33,048 bases of DNA from Ascoidea asiatica JCM 7603 (lineage: Eukaryota > Fungi > Ascomycota), in contig BCKQ01000040.1 of NCBI GenBank assembly GCA_001600695.1, positions 1 through 33,048 of the forward strand, read 5' to 3'. Below, piece by piece: positions 10,631-21,800 of this stretch. The translations under genes and the position numbers were made by a program. The notes under the pieces were generated by a model. It worked only from the letters and a program-made list of their open reading frames with translations, searched no databases and was not told the origin of the DNA. The stretch's first letter is position 1. Every line of letters starts with the position of its first letter.

Positions 10631-12802
10631 ATGCTAAATGACCTTGTTGAATTGGCTGCGGCCGATATAGCAACCTATACAAATGATCGATTATCAAATT
10701 CCAACTGGAGTGAATTTAAATTTTTAGATGCTCTTAGTACTGATATTGTATGTCCAGATTCACGACCATTTATATCTAACCTTAGAAAGATAATCATTAA
10801 GAACAAAAACAATATTTTTCCTGACATAAAAGAAAATGATACTTCAATTGATCTATTCTTTGATTGTCTCCTTGAGGCGATTAATAATAAAATCAGATTC
10901 TTGCAAATTTTCCCTTTCAATCCACTTTATTTATCTTTTAAATTTTCAAAGTATTCTTTATCAAAATTCAATACATCCAATAATACAAGCGATTCCCATT
11001 CCAGTATCACAGTTAGAAAAAATAAAGCATTGTTAGATTATTATTGTGTTGTGCCAGCTTCATCTTCTATTCAATTTACTGAAGATGACTTTTTTTCTAC
11101 ATGGGATGATATTCAGCAAATTTTAGAAACAGATAGATCAATAATTACGTTACCTCCATATGATTATACCAGAATTACTCCAGAGTCCAAAGAAAGTACA
11201 TTAGAAAGTGAATTTGATCTATGCATACTTAAACAGGCAGTAGAATTAGTGACGTTTCTAAAGCATAAAAAAACAGGTCAACGCTTTAGAATTAAGAATT
11301 TAACAAACAAGGCTAATCCAAACGTATATCCAGACAAGTGTTTAGTTCTGGATTCCCTTAATGAAGAAGATTTTCATAAATGCTGTGTTTTGGTGATTGA
11401 ATTTAAAAGACCCAATATCTTAACAGATATTTTAAAAGTAATGAAAAATGGTATAAGATGCTTAAATGGAGATAATTTGAAAGATTGCAGAAAATTTTTT
11501 ACCCAGTCAATTCATCAAGCCATAAGCCAGGGTACCAAATATGGTGTTGTTGGTGATTTTAATTCTTTTATGTTTTATGAAATATTAGATTAAGGCAAAG
11601 TAAGGTTTGTTGAGGGAAAGCTGCTAACAAAGGAAATTAGAATTCGCTACTACATTGCCAATAGATTCGACGAAAAAAACCTTTTTACAGTCTTTCTATT
11701 TCGTTGTGTTGATCATAAGCTTGAAGAGATTGAGTTGTTTAAAAAGCAGCATGGTGGTTTATATCCAAAACATGAAGATATGATCAACAGTTTAAAAAAG
11801 ATAACAAAATTAGAGCTGCCAACTGAGCATAAATTAAACAGCGTGAGTAAAGAACTCAATAATGTTGAATCGTTCTTCAAAAATTCCAATCACATTACCA
11901 ACGCATGCAAAAGCTCAGAAAACTTTCTAATTGAAGAAGTAAAACAAGTGTCGAAAAACATCATTGATTCTAAAATATTCCTTGCCAACAATGATTTTGT
12001 ACAATATATGACTTACAAAGATTGGGCAGAATGGGAAGATAAGTCATATACAGAAACAAATAAATTTTTATACAAAAATTTGAATGGTGATGATAGTTAT
12101 TACTTAGAGGTTTTACAAGGGGCCGACTGGTTTCATAATTTGAGTATTGTTATTAGAATTAGCTGGACTAATTGGGAAGAAGGCAAGTATTTATTGAATA
12201 ATTTTAATGTTTCTAAAAAGTTGCAGAAGGATATGGAGAAAAACAAGAGTTGTAGTATAATTGTGAAAATATTTGATTACTTTCGGTGTATAAATAAAGT
12301 GGATGATTCAATACTAGACCCTGTGGATGTGTTCAAATCACTATTGCAAAATCTATTGATCAAAGAGTTGGAGGCGTATGGGAAAATTGAAATGTATCGT
12401 AGGAAAAACAAAACAGAAGAAAGAATCACTCCTATAATGTATGGTTCTGGATTATTTTCCAGCAAAGCTATAAAAGATAACAAGTCTGATAATATAACTA
12501 AAGCAAGTGTTAAAGAATTAAATGGATCTTTATTAGGACCTTTTATCATTTTAGAAGATTTAGGTGATTTAGAACTTACAAATAGTGAATTTGAATTGTG
12601 TAAGAGAAAGTTAGAAGATACATTAATTTCACGTTATGGAATAGTTCATAATGATTTAGAAATGAGAAATGTGAGAAAAAAGAAAGTAGATGGCCAAAAC
12701 TCAAACTCAAAATCAAATTTTATTTTTTATGTTTATGATTTTGGGTTTTTTAAAGAAAGCCAAAGAAAAAAACGTAAACATTCTTCTGCTCAATTGCAAT
12801 GA
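10631..12802 (+). pseudogene. PD-(D/E)xK nuclease-like + atypical kinase gene (Spok / CR-effector-like architecture) interrupted by one in-frame TAA; pseudogene or split/read-through gene
   Basis: ORFs 10613-11593 and 11735-12802 share a frame and the 47 codons between them are open. Nuclease motifs: SKE helix, YPD (PD 11330-11335), VIEFKRP (from 11393), QSIHQA, TKYGVVGDFNSF. Kinase motifs: IVKIFD, KELEAY, PIMYGSG, GPFIILEDLG, GIVHNDLEMRNV, VYDFG. First ATG is at 10631. Confidence 0.72.
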
Positions 12803-13275
12803 TTTTTACTTTCACTACGATGAGCAGATGTTCAGGGGTTCAATATTATGTTGCTAATATATAACAGAAATGGATTATTTATTTATTAATATTATTGTTA
12901 TTTGTCGGGAAAAGTGTAATAAACTTCAAAAATAATATTTATAAACGGTAATAATTTACTTTTGGTTTTAGTCTTTAACTTTTTTACTATTCATTTTGCA
13001 GTACATATTTTTTTAATCTTTTTCTTAAATTATTATCAATACTTTTTTTTGGATAATGCAATTTAATATCTACATCTTTGTCTGTAAATCGTAAAATAGA
13101 AAATAACTTTAGTGAATTTTTCAGTAAGTATAGAGATTTCTAATAATTTCAAAATTGTATAAAAATCATGAATCTCGGAAAGAAAAGTAAAAAATCAATA
13201 AAAAAGTACATTTGAAAGAATATTGTTCATTAGGAAATACTATTGATTATTCTACACAACTTTCATATTTTGATC

Positions 13276-13293
13276 ATATATATATATATATAT
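13276..13293. repeat. (AT)n microsatellite
   Basis: atatatatatatatatat read directly. Confidence 0.7.
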
Positions 13294-13456
13294 TGCTCAT
13301 TACGGTTCTAGAGTTAAACAATTTTGAATGTTTAGGATTGTGTTAGTTTTTAAGAAGAATAATAGTTGCAAAATATCATTACCTTATTTTTAATCTAACG
13401 TGCGAGCATTCATTCTGCTATCACCATGGTCCAGCTAAAGTCATTTTATACGGTTC

Positions 13457-13918
13457 CTAACTGATATTCAGAGATTTAACAAAATCCCATGCATGGTTTT
13501 TACCAATTGCATAATCTAATCATTTTAGAATTTATGTTTGGATAAAGGATTATTTGCCATAAGCACATTTCTCATTACACATACCTTTTAGTCCTTCTTC
13601 ACTTCTAAATTTACGTTATCAAGAACCTTTAACTACACCAAAAGGTAGTGGGACCACAAAGTATGTTACAAAATCTTTTGCGACAACATTACCTAATTTT
13701 GAATTATTTGCAATGTACTTACAGATTTTCCAATTATTTCGGAAAACAGAAGCATCTAGTTCAAATTCATTATAATTTGTGATATTTAGAGCTGTTTCAA
13801 CATTTTTGACCACCATCATTGTCGAAACTGGTGCACAAGCTTCTCCTTTAGCAATTGGCATATCTTTTGTAATATCGGTGATTAGAGTTTCCATACAATA
13901 ATGACCTTGAAGTACATT
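13457..13918 (-). pseudogene. MSC7: 3' fragment of an MSC7-like aldehyde dehydrogenase
   Basis: QGHYCMETLITDITKDMPIA...GNVVAKDFVTYFVVPLPFGVVKGS**RKFRSEEGLKGMCNEK...*SFIQT*ILK*LDYAIGKNHAWDFVKSL follows the Msc7 C-terminus as I recall it. Multiple in-frame stops, degenerate EVFGP motif (EACAP), N-terminal part absent. Confidence 0.8.
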
Positions 13919-14075
13919 GAAAATACTATTCTTTGTTGTTTATTGAAACTATCTTTATCATATTCAGGACTGATTAAAACAAACTAGTTTCTTCAGACAC
14001 AAAAAGCTCTTAATATTTGAGAGTCTGATAGCATATTAATAGTTTCATAATTATAAGAGTCTTGAAGTGATTTCT

Positions 14076-14893
14076 TTAGATAATTTTTTTTTGTATTTGA
14101 ATTTTCAATGTTTGACAACTAAATGCTAGAAAGTTTTTATAAGATATCAAATTTCCAGTTAATACATCCAAAGAATTTTCTTCATTTCTTGAATTTTCTT
14201 CATTTCTTGAATTATCTGATTTTTTAAGGAAAATTGAGAATAAAAGATTGCCTTTGTAATAATCTTGATTATTATTCATATTGTTATCATTATTTTCATT
14301 AAGTTTGTTATAATTTTCAAATTGAATAAAGTTCTGTCCTTTTTCAATTATTTCTAAAATAATTTGGATAACATTCTTGTTAAATTTGAATAATCTTATC
14401 ATAGTTATTTGATTGAAAATAAAGTAAAAAAAATGTGATTATTATTTAGTTTCTGAAGTCCATTGGAATTAGATGAAATCGTTTCAAGATTAAAAAGTTT
14501 TGAGAAATATGATGAATTTTGAGTTGGAAAATTGTTATATGGATCAGTATTTGAAATAATATTTGATAAATCATTTATGTTATTATTTAAATTCAGATTC
14601 GTTTTATTTAATTCCGAATTAAAAGATATTAAATAATTTGGGATTGATAGAATCTAATAACCATTTTAGAATAATTGGTTAAATAATTTATCAAATAAAA
14701 TAGTTCTTGAATTTGAATTTGAATTCGATTTTAAATCTGATAAATTGATTATATTTCCATTATTGAAATATTCATTATCATATTCATTGTAATTATTATG
14801 AGTATTAATATTACGAATATTATTCTTATTATTGTTTTTTAATTCAGAACAGAATTTGAAATTTGTTATCTGATTTACTTTGGATTGATTCAT
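14076..14893 (-). pseudogene. Decayed Asn-rich coding relic, unidentified
   Basis: ORF 14666-14893 continues in frame past two stops (QLF*NGY*ILSIPNYLISFNSEL..., ~80 open codons), then shifts frame into ORF 14076-14402. Contains an 18-bp tandem duplication at 14173-14213 (NSRNEE x2). Confidence 0.45.
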
Positions 14894-15356
14894 TATTGTA
14901 ATTTCAAAAGAAAATTGATTAACTAATAAAGGATCCTTTGTTTTTAATTACTACGATTGTTCAACTTTTTTTCATTATTATTATTCTTTGAATTGCAAAG
15001 GTTGATTATGATTAAGTGAATTGTGAAAGTTTATTAGTATTATTCAGCTTCTGTTAATTATTATTATATTCATATGATGATTTATGACATTTAATAAAAG
15101 TAACATCTTAAGGAAGACTAAACTTATTTCATATTTTTTAAGAGCACTTTCTATTGTACACTGTTTTAATTAAATAACTGACTCTCTTAACTGTAAACTT
15201 GTTGATTCTTATTAAAACTTATAATATCTAAAAAAAGATGTTCTTGATTTGTAAAAGAAACTTTCTAGCGATAACTTAAATCAATAAAGTGTAATAAGTT
15301 ATTATATTTGTTATATTATCTTTTAATGAAATTAAGTCATTCTCGATAATTGTAAA

Positions 15357-15437
15357 ATTGTAAAACCAGACTCCAGAAATCGTTGTATGGCAAACCATGT
15401 GATCTGCCTAGTTGAAGAGCCCAACTCCAGAAATCGA
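15357..15437 (+). repeat. Dispersed direct repeat, copy 1 (partner 24524-24602)
   Basis: 44/46 identity over 15357-15402 vs 24524-24569, weaker for ~35 bp further. Internal duplication of actccagaaatcg. Confidence 0.9.
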
Positions 15438-15654
15438 ACACAGAAGAAGATGCCTGTGGGTCGGAGAGAAAGATCTACGACTCGCTTATGTCAGTATTTC
15501 CTTATTCCTGACTCAGCAGCTTAGTGTTGGAAAATTATTTTTTTTCTTAAAGTTTTGGAGGAAGTTTGACTTTAATCTAAGCAAAAAAGTATCACTTATG
15601 TAAATAATATTTCAATTACTAAAAGAACCTAAAATACATCTAATTATTAACTAG

Positions 15655-18603
15655 ATGGATTCAGATGAAGAAATAGAAAATGTCTTTGACATAACTAGAG
15701 ATTTGCTTTCTAAAAATGATTTCAACGATGATCTGGATAGCTCAAATGAAAATGATAATAACGATGATACCGATAATCTTGGGAAAGAATATTCTATAGC
15801 TCTTCAAGATGAAATATTGTCTTCTGATGAAAGTGATTTAGACAGTGATAATGACTCATTTGAGAAAAAAGAATCTTTAATGCCAAAACAAGGACAATCT
15901 TCAACCCAACCCAAAGAAAAGGAGAATAAAAAAGTAAAGAAATCTCAAAAGCAAGATATTCCAAAAATTGACCTCTCTGACAATGATGATGATGATGATG
16001 ATGATAAAGATTTTTCTTTTAAATTACCAGTAATGAAAAAGGCTAAGAGTGGAACCTTTCAATCTTTTGGTTTATCGAAATCAATTTTAATAAATGTTTC
16101 AAAAAAAGGTTATAAACAACCTACACCGATTCAAAGGAAAGCTATACCACTTATAATGCAAGGTAGAGATTTAGTTGCAATGGCAAGAACTGGTTCGGGT
16201 AAAACTGCTGCCTTTATTTTACCATTGTTGGAGCAATTGAAAACTCATAGTGCTAAGGTTGGCTCAAGAGCAATAATTTTATCTCCAACAAGGGAATTAG
16301 CTTTACAAACTTACAAAGGTATAAAAGATTTTTCAAGAGGAACAGACCTAAGAAGTAATTTATTGGTTGGAGGTGATTCTTTAGAAGAACAGTTTTCTTC
16401 AATGTTATCAAATCCTGATATAATTGTAGCAACTCCAGGAAGATTTTTACATTTAAAAGTTGAAATGAATCTTGATTTAAAATCAATTCAATATATTGTA
16501 TTTGATGAAGCAGATAGATTATTTGAAATGGGATTCAGTGAACAATTAAATGAATTATTAGCTGCATTACCTACAAACAGACAATCCTTATTATTTTCCG
16601 CAACATTACCAGGATCTTTAGTAGAGTTTGCTAAAGCAGGTTTAAAAAATCCGGTTTTAGTTCGATTAGACTCAGAAACAAAAATATCTGATGAATTACA
16701 AATGGCATTTTTATCTTCAAAGAAAAATGAAAAAGAATCAATCTTGCTTTACTTATTACAAGAAGTTATTAAGGTACCATTTCCAAGTATTGAGGATTTA
16801 AAGAAAAATAAAGATTTTGAAAATAATGAAATTGATTCTGATTCTGAATCAGAAGATGAAAAAAAAAATATTAACGAAAGCAAAGAGGAACGAAATGAAA
16901 AAACCAAAGCAAAAAAAAAGCTAAATGCTAAAAGAAGATTTAAATATTATATTAAACCTAATGAAGTTATTTCAAAACATTCTTCCATAATATTTGTTCC
17001 AACTAGACATCATGTTGAATATATAACTAGTCTATTGAGTCAGTTTGGGTATACTCTTATTTCTGGAATCTATGGAACCCTTAATCAAACTGCAAGACTA
17101 AAGGAAATTAATAAGTTTGCTTCGGGCTTAGCTTCAATAATGGTTGTTACTGATGTAGCTGCTAGAGGTATTGATATACCAATGTTGGCAAACGTTATAA
17201 ATTATTCATTGCCTAGCTCTTCTAAAATTTTCATTCATAGAATTGGTAGAACAGCCAGAGCGGGTAATAAGGGTTGGGCATACTCTATATTAGAAGAAAA
17301 TGAATTACCTTATTTATTAGATCTAGAAATATTTTTAGGAAAAAAAATCCTTATATCTTCTATGCATCAAAAAAAATCCGAAATATTGAAGGTAAAAGAT
17401 CCTGAAAACTACAAAGAGCCAGTTATTTCATATAACGAGCGAATGATTTTAGGATCTGTTCCTAGGAACCAACTAGAGAATTATATCGAGTCTTTTAATA
17501 CCATCATGGAACATAATTATGAATTAGAAACCATTCAAAAAGTGTCTAAAAAGGGTGAAAAATTATATTTGAAAACAAGATCTGCAGCTTCTGCTGAATC
17601 AATAAAAAGATCTAAAGAGTTAGTCGGAAATGGATGGGATGATCAGAATTTATTATTTGGAAAAAATGAAGAAAGGGAAAAGGAGTTATTTTTGGAAAAA
17701 CTACAAAATAGAAGAAATAAAATAACTGTATTTGAGTTCAACAAAAATAATGTGGAAATGATAGACTTTATGAACAAACGTAGAAGACAGATTGCTCCAA
17801 TTCAAAGAAAAGCTAGGGATAAGAAAAAGTTGCTAGAAAAGGAAAGAATTGCAGGCTTAACTCATAATATTGAAGATGAAATTTTGAAGAGTAATAATGG
17901 TAAAGATTCGACTGAAATAGGTTATACAGTAATAGAAGGTTTTCAAGATGCAGATGAACTTTTGAATCAAGGTAAACATAAAAAAAGAAAAACTTTCAAA
18001 GACGAAACAAATTTTATTTCTCATTATCCATCAGCTTCTGCAATTCAAGATAAGCAATTGGCAATCAATGATAATAGCAACGGTGGTTTTGTCAATGGGA
18101 TGCAAAATGCTACATTCGATTTAGATAATGATGATAAGGTTCAAGTAAATAAGCAGACTATGAAATGGGACAAAAAGAAAGGAAATTACGTTAATTCAAA
18201 ATCTACAGACAAAAAGTATATCATTGGAGAAAGTGGACAAAGAATTCCAGCTTCTTTTAGATCCGGAAAGTTCGATGAATGGAGAAACAAGCAGCATATT
18301 TCTTCTTCTAGTTTAAGAATTGGAGCTACAGAGACACCAATGCCCAATAGAGGAGAAGATGGAAGAAGATTCAAGCACAAAAAGATGGATGCTCCTAAAA
18401 GGCCTGATAAATTTAGAGATGATTATAAAACCCAAAAGAGTAAAATTGGTGCTGCAATGGATAGAGGAATTAAAATTAAGGGCTTCAAGAGAAGTGGGGA
18501 TGGTAGAAGAGAAATCAAGACAACAGAAGATATCAGAAAACAGAGAGATATCAATGAGAGGAAAAAAGCTAAAAATGCTAGACCTAGTAGAAAGAGAAAA
18601 TAA
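15655..18603 (+). CDS. DBP10: DEAD-box RNA helicase, 60S biogenesis
   Basis: Q motif GYKQPTPIQ, ARTGSGKT, DEAD, SAT, HRIGRTARAG and the Dbp10-specific C-terminus (WDKKK...GESGQRIPASFRSGKFDEW). Confidence 0.96.
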   Translation: MDSDEEIENVFDITRDLLSKNDFNDDLDSSNENDNNDDTDNLGKEYSIALQDEILSSDESDLDSDNDSFEKKESLMPKQGQSSTQPKEKENKKVKKSQKQDIPKIDLSDNDDDDDDDKDFSFKLPVMKKAKSGTFQSFGLSKSILINVSKKGYKQPTPIQRKAIPLIMQGRDLVAMARTGSGKTAAFILPLLEQLKTHSAKVGSRAIILSPTRELALQTYKGIKDFSRGTDLRSNLLVGGDSLEEQFSSMLSNPDIIVATPGRFLHLKVEMNLDLKSIQYIVFDEADRLFEMGFSEQLNELLAALPTNRQSLLFSATLPGSLVEFAKAGLKNPVLVRLDSETKISDELQMAFLSSKKNEKESILLYLLQEVIKVPFPSIEDLKKNKDFENNEIDSDSESEDEKKNINESKEERNEKTKAKKKLNAKRRFKYYIKPNEVISKHSSIIFVPTRHHVEYITSLLSQFGYTLISGIYGTLNQTARLKEINKFASGLASIMVVTDVAARGIDIPMLANVINYSLPSSSKIFIHRIGRTARAGNKGWAYSILEENELPYLLDLEIFLGKKILISSMHQKKSEILKVKDPENYKEPVISYNERMILGSVPRNQLENYIESFNTIMEHNYELETIQKVSKKGEKLYLKTRSAASAESIKRSKELVGNGWDDQNLLFGKNEEREKELFLEKLQNRRNKITVFEFNKNNVEMIDFMNKRRRQIAPIQRKARDKKKLLEKERIAGLTHNIEDEILKSNNGKDSTEIGYTVIEGFQDADELLNQGKHKKRKTFKDETNFISHYPSASAIQDKQLAINDNSNGGFVNGMQNATFDLDNDDKVQVNKQTMKWDKKKGNYVNSKSTDKKYIIGESGQRIPASFRSGKFDEWRNKQHISSSSLRIGATETPMPNRGEDGRRFKHKKMDAPKRPDKFRDDYKTQKSKIGAAMDRGIKIKGFKRSGDGRREIKTTEDIRKQRDINERKKAKNARPSRKRK

Positions 18604-18822
18604 TCCAAAATTAAATTTAATTGATTGTTTTTCAAATTTTGTTGATTAATTTTTATAGAAATATCATTTTTTTTATTAATTAAATTATTAATTCTATTAA
18701 TATTTAAATTTTTTAAATTTAATTGATTATCAATAAATTTTATTTTTTTGTTTAAAGATTCATTTTTTAAATTTAATTTAAATTGAAATTAAAATGCTAA
18801 ATATTTTCAAATAAATTAAAAA

Positions 18823-21800
18823 TTAACTATATATTCCTTGGGTTAATAGTTGGAACTGATCGTAAAGACGTGTATATAAGCTTCCAATACTCTTTTGAAT
18901 TAAGTAGTTTTCGACAAATTGATCACACTCTTCATCTGTTAAATGTAATTGAAATCGCTGTCTAAGTTGTGCACCTGTTTGATCTCCGGCCTTGAAACAT
19001 GGGAGAGCACTCTCTTTTTGCATTAAGTCCACTAAGGTAACAATACTTTCGGCATGTTTTCTAATTTCTCTAAAGCTTTCTTTCATTAAAGTTTTAAACT
19101 TTGCAAACTCTTCACTATCAACACCGCCTAGAATATCCACATATTCTTGAGTAAGCTTAAATGGAACTGCTTCAAATCCAACACTTCCAGGAGAATTAGA
19201 TAGTAAAAATCCAAAATCAATATGAATTATATGACCTTCATTATCAAGCATGATATTACCATTATGTCTATCCTTGATTTGCAATAAGTAACAAATAAGG
19301 GAATATGAAGCCAAACTACTAGCAAAGTTATTCTCAGCTTTCTTGTATTTAACAGAATCTTCTTTACCAAATACTCGAATAAAATGTTCTTTTAACGGAG
19401 CTACAGTTCCTTTAGGATTGGATCCTTCTTCAATTAAAATTCTTGTTAATGATTTTTTGATTGAATGAATTGATAACGCATTTGTAATAGTTTCCACAAG
19501 ACCTGTATTTGCACTGGTAATTATGATTCTCATTCTTTTAACCCATACTTTACAATTAGCTTCTTTCCATATATCAGACATTGCAATTATTAGTTGACTG
19601 GCAAATGCTTCTTGTCTTAAATCATCTCCATTTTTAGCTATAACAGAAACTAATTCCCAATTAGGTAAATGACCAAAAGGGCTTTTTCTTCTAATCCTTT
19701 CTTTTTTAGTTTCCCAATCTTCTCCTAAATAAAAATTGGAATTATTATTTGCTACACCCCCCAATTTTAAATCGTTTTCAAGTTTTCTCTCACCCGCTTC
19801 TCCTTTGATCATATAATCATTCAAGCCAAAATTATCTTGCAAAGATTGCATAGAAGCAATTATTTTAGCTTTTATTGCAGCACTCTGGTCAGAGGGTAAT
19901 GTATTTGAAGGATCATCTAATTGTGTTAACATTACAGCTGCTATTCTCATATGAGTAGCTAGATCATCAGTACTAAGCTTTTCACCCTTAGTAGGCTCCA
20001 AAAAAAAATAATTTGAGCTAAAATTTAAGTCTGGTGTTCTGGGATTATTTATCAAATTGTTTGTATTGGTATTCTCATCTGCTATCTTGTTATCTTTTAC
20101 TTTTTTACTAGGATAATCTATAATTGGGACATCTTGTGCATTAGCTACAAATATTTGTTCCCTTAGTTTATCTGATTCACTATCTCTTTTGTTGGTTAGT
20201 TTTATAACAGACAAATCTCCTAGATCAGCTTCATCAATCTTATCATTTTCAAAATCGGTATCAAAACTATCTGAATTATAGTTAGAAGTATGAATATCGG
20301 CAGAGGAAGAAGCAGTTGTTGCTCTAATACCAAGATCAAAAATGTAATTTTTATTTGGTTTTTCCCTTAATATTTGATTATTTGTTGCTGAAGCGGGATT
20401 AAAATCTAAATCATTACTAAGATATTCTATTATCAACAAGAATGGAACTCTTTCTGCAGAATTCAAAACAGCTGCTTCATTCACTGTAATTCTTGCAATT
20501 TTATGTAATTTTCCTGGTTTCGATGGTGGAAATAAAATTGGAATATCGACTTCAGCTGGTAAATCCCTATTCAACAAAGACAATTCTGCACGTAAAGAGG
20601 TTATTCTTGCTTCTTTTGGAACCTGGCTTAATCTAAGTGAAATTTGTTGAAAAGCAATAGCAAGTTGTGAAACGCAACTATAGTAATTTGCTTTGAGTAA
20701 CTTTATTTTAACATTATTTGAAATTAAAGATGGTGAAATACTTCTCCTGAAACTAGATTTACCAGGAGAAGATAATTTTTTTTTATAGTTACCCACAGAT
20801 ATACTTCTAGATAAAGATTTTGGTTGTTGAATAGAATTTGTAGGTGATCCTAATAAAAAACTATGATCCGGGGTTGTAACTTGATTCGAATTAGAGTAAT
20901 TTGAATTAAATGAGTTTGTAGAGGAAGTGGGGGAAGGAACTCTGTTATTAGAACTAAGGTAGTAAGTACTTTTGTGCCTAGAAAGATTAGGCATTGAATA
21001 TGAAGTAGGTTCATTTGAGGAAATTATATCACTTGCTTTGCTCAAAGATAAATCATAATCATTATATATCTCATTTTTAGACCTAGTTGGATTATTATTA
21101 TTGAATAGTAAAGAGTTTTTCTTTGATAAAGAAGCTCTTTTAGAAGCACTGTTTGATATAGAATTAACATAATCATCATTTGATGATGATGATTTTTTTT
21201 TGGTGAATAAAGAGTTTGGATATTTATCAATAACATCGAAATCATATTTTGGGGGATTATCAGGTATTTGTTTTTTAAACTGATCATTTACATCATTCAA
21301 GTTCAAAGAAACAGGTTGAATTGTATCAATTATTTTTGAAGATTTTTTATTTTCATATTGATATAAATTATTATTTGAACTATTTATATTATTTTCAGTA
21401 ATATTTGAACTAAGATTATTAGATTTTACATTTATTGGAGAAACTGGTGTTGACCTAAAAGAAGAACTAACAGAAATTCTTGAATTTTTTTTAGTATTTT
21501 TTAAAGTTAAATTTCTCATTAATTCTTCACTGAAATTTTTTGCAATTTGAAAAACATAAGATTTCTGCTTTCTACTTTGAGATTTGATTAAGGGTTGAAT
21601 ATGAGTCGATACTTGAGGTAACCCGATTGTAGAAGCAATTGACCCACATAAAATTATTGATGGAGGTATATTCTCTCTAAATTTATTATTTGAAGGTAAA
21701 GTTGAATTATAAATAATATATTGTAAAAAATTTAACACTCTTCTAGTTATTTGAAAGCCGAAAGATTCAGGATCATCACTTAAATCATGTAAATATGCAT

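Noticed and set aside
8139-15356. Autonomous transposon, LTR element or recombinase gene
   Set aside because: No DDE, reverse transcriptase, Rep/helicase or tyrosine-recombinase motifs, and no LTRs or TIRs seen.
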